From Euglena gracilis (taxonomy: Eukaryota): a stretch of DNA of 64,000 nucleotides. Location: NCBI GenBank assembly GCA_039621445.1, contig CP154954.1:32264012-32328011 (forward strand), in the 5' to 3' direction. Every line of letters begins with the position of its first letter. Within the stretch, counting starts at the first letter, position 1. A program made the position numbers and the translations under genes. A model generated the notes under the pieces. It was given only the letters and a program-made list of their open reading frames with translations. It searched no databases and was not told the DNA's origin. Of this stretch, positions 61,380 through 64,000 are shown piece after piece.

Positions 61380-64000
61380 CACTTCTCCTTCCGCGGCGGC
61401 GGGAAGGGCAGCAGGGTGAACTTGGTCGTCCGCTCCTGCAGGGTGGACCGCGCTGCGGGGGACTGCTGCTGCTGGGGGCCGCGGGCTGGGGACTGGGCTT
61501 GGGATCGGGCACCGGCCGGGGGCTGCGGGCTGGGGGAGGGGGGCTGGCTGGAGGAGTAGGAGGCGCGGGCGCTGCTGCTGGGGACGTTGCCGCCCGGCGG
61601 GTCCTCGGGGCGGCTGGGGCTTGGGCTGGGGCTGGAGAGCAGGGAGGTCCTCCGCTTGCGGGGTGGCGTCGCCTCCGGCTCCTCCTCCTGCGTACCACGC
61701 TTCTTCTTTCTTGGGGGTGAGGGCCTCCGGGGCGGGGGGACAGTCTTGCCTACCGGGGCGCCGGATCATGCCGAGGGGTGGGGGGCCGCTGGGCTTCTTG
61801 GGGACGGGGCGGGGCGGGGGGGGAGTGGGCTCTGGGGCCTCCACCTCCTCCACTGGGGGCACCGGGACCACGGGCTGCCTTCGCCGCTCTTCCCTCCCCC
61901 TGCCCCCTTCCTCCTCCTCGAACTCCACCACGGTCTCTGGCTCCACCGCAGCCTGGGCGGCCCCCTGCTCCCCCTCCCCCTCCTCGCCACCCTCACCCTC
62001 CACCACCTGTGCAGAGGCTTCCTCTGGGCCTTCCGGGGCCTCGGGCTCCGCCTCCGCCTCGGCCTCCTCCCCCTCTGCGTAGCTGGGGTGCGACGACAGC
62101 GGCGACGACCATCCACTGGCCACCTGGCCCTCCTCCTCCTCCTCTTCATCCTCCTCCTCCTCATCCGACGTGAACACCGGTGGGGGCCGCCCCTCCTCCC
62201 TGGCGATGTTCCTCCGGATCCGCCGCTCGTAGATCCGGGCCGTGCGCAGCAGGGACTCAGGCACCCCCTGGGAGGTGCTGGGCTTGGGTCAGGCCTTGGG
62301 CTTGGCCTTGGCCTTCCCTCATTGTGCGGCCCGCTTGGCCGCCCGCTCCTTCTTCTTTTCCGACCGCTGCTGGACGGCCTCCTTCCGGGCCTGGGCCTCC
62401 GTCGCCTTCACCTCCAGCAGCTGCTTCAGCACCTCGGACTCCACCACCGTCCACAGCGGCTCGGACTTCTCCACGGCGTCCTGCAGCTGCTTCCACAGCC
62501 CGGTGTTGTCCACCGGGCAGGCCTCCTGCACCGCGTGCCGGATGTGCTCGGTGTACTCCACCGGCTGCACTTTCTCCTTCCCCGTCAGGACCGCTACCAT
62601 GTGCGGGGGGTCGGGCGTCCAGTTGAGGAGGTGGCCCACCCGCACCGCCGAGGGGAGCTGGAGGAGGAGGAAGCTGTCCACCTCCACCGGGCGCCGGACA
62701 GCGCGGCGCCACAGGTAGTCCACCACGGCCCAGTGCAGCGCGTCGGGGGAGCCGTTGGACTCGCGGTCCCAGAAGATGACGGGAGGGACCTGAGCAGGGG
62801 TAGCAAAGGGGGTAGGTATTGTGCAGGTGCGCATTCGAACATCATATGGAATGCCAACAAGGATATGGGATGCAACAATTTTCAAACGCAAATAAGAATG
62901 CGCACATGCGCAATCATCCCAATGAAGGGAGGATTGCGCAGGTGCGCATTCACGGCCAGGGATCCATCCGAGCACTCTCCAGGCGGATTATGCATCCCGA
63001 CTCACGGCGTTTATGTAATGGCATTGACTCAGAGGTTCAGGGACAGGGTCGCAGACACATACCTTGAGCCTGTCCAGCTCCGTGTCGTGCAGGAGAATGT
63101 GGAGGGAGAACTTCACCGGCCGGTGGCGCTGCGCCCCGAACTCCACCACCTCGGTCCTCACCCAGCAGTCCACATCCAGCCGGTGCTTGGTGGCCACCCG
63201 CCGGTGGATGTGCTCCACCGTGGCCAGCGCCAGCGCCGGCGGACCGAACACCACCACGGGGACGTCGTCCGCCACGACGTACATTTGCGGCGCGATCGCC
63301 ACCCCCCTCTCCGCCTGCACCACCACCATCCGCACCCTAGCCTGCTCCGCCTGCATCGGCACCCCCGCCTCCGACGCCGCCGAGTAACAAAACACTCTCG
63401 CCAGGGTCTTCTGCTGCCCCTGGACCTCCCGCGCGTAGTCCACGCAGGCCAGGTGCGCCGGGTCCTCCGTCACCACCACCTTCGGTCTCGGGCGCGGGGC
63501 GGCCAGGCTCTCCCGCAGCGCCTCGAACTTCACCGACGTCCAGACCTCGGCGGTGGCCAGCGCCGTGAAGGGCGGGCACGTCGCGTCCTCCCGCCACTCC
63601 CAACGCCCGAGCCGCACGACCAGATGGCGGAGTGCGACGGCCTCCTTGAATCTCCATCTGGCAGCCCTGTCCTCCACTGCGAGGGGCAGGGAACGGGAGT
63701 GGTGGGGAGAATGCGCAGGTGCGCAATCGAACCATAACATGCAGTACACCCCACACAGAGCACTCAATGTCCAGAGCAAGATGCATCCATAACATTAGAT
63801 GGGACAAAATGCAAACGTGGGTGGGTGACAGAAGCACACCAACGTCCGGGTGGATGAAGCGGTTGGCCTCCGTCCAGTGGAAGTTGACCCACATCTCCAG
63901 GCAGGCGTCGCTCACCGCCTTCTCGAAGTCCTGCAGCTTGGGCCTCTCCCCCAGCAGCGCCGGCACCACCGCCGCCCGCGCCTCCGGCGTCATCAGCATC
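61380..64000 (-). pseudogene. Spliced minus-strand gene (exons >64000-63840, 63676-63063, 62789-~61380), probably transposon-borne; two in-frame TGA and a probable frameshift
   Basis: Phase-consistent GT-AG introns (GTT G|gtgtgc...cgcag|TG; AAG|gtatgt...ctcag|GTC); strong codon bias; acidic/Pro-rich tail. Confidence 0.75.

Noticed and set aside
61587-63737. 716-aa + strand ORF
   Set aside because: Antisense shadow of the GC3-rich minus-strand gene, which has proper splice sites

Overview
Eukaryotic nuclear DNA with short GC-rich exons in repeat-packed introns. The mix of GT-AG introns and apparently non-GT-AG, end-paired introns best fits a euglenid such as Euglena (inference; no database search was possible). 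Contents: (1) a spliced + strand PLOD/procollagen-type GT-A glycosyltransferase gene, about 3.8-13.8 kb; (2) a large + strand multi-exon gene of unknown function, about 16.2 kb to at least 41.4 kb; (3) many non-autonomous elements with CAG...CTG (or CAT...ATG) terminal inverted repeats (TIRs) and 8-bp target-site duplications (TSDs), the hAT signature, including one filled/empty site pair; (4) a 15-kb three-level nested insertion (43187-58178) holding a 50-bp minisatellite and LINE fragments, one with an internal inversion; (5) a Tc1 transposase remnant; (6) a decayed spliced minus-strand gene at the right edge, marked by TGCGCA-NN-TGCGCA motifs. Main hypothesis: an element with CAG...CTG ends plus one 8-bp TSD matches the known geometry of euglenid nonconventional introns, so these elements may be intron generators. 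Exon borders were read by eye; non-canonical borders are uncertain by a few nt.
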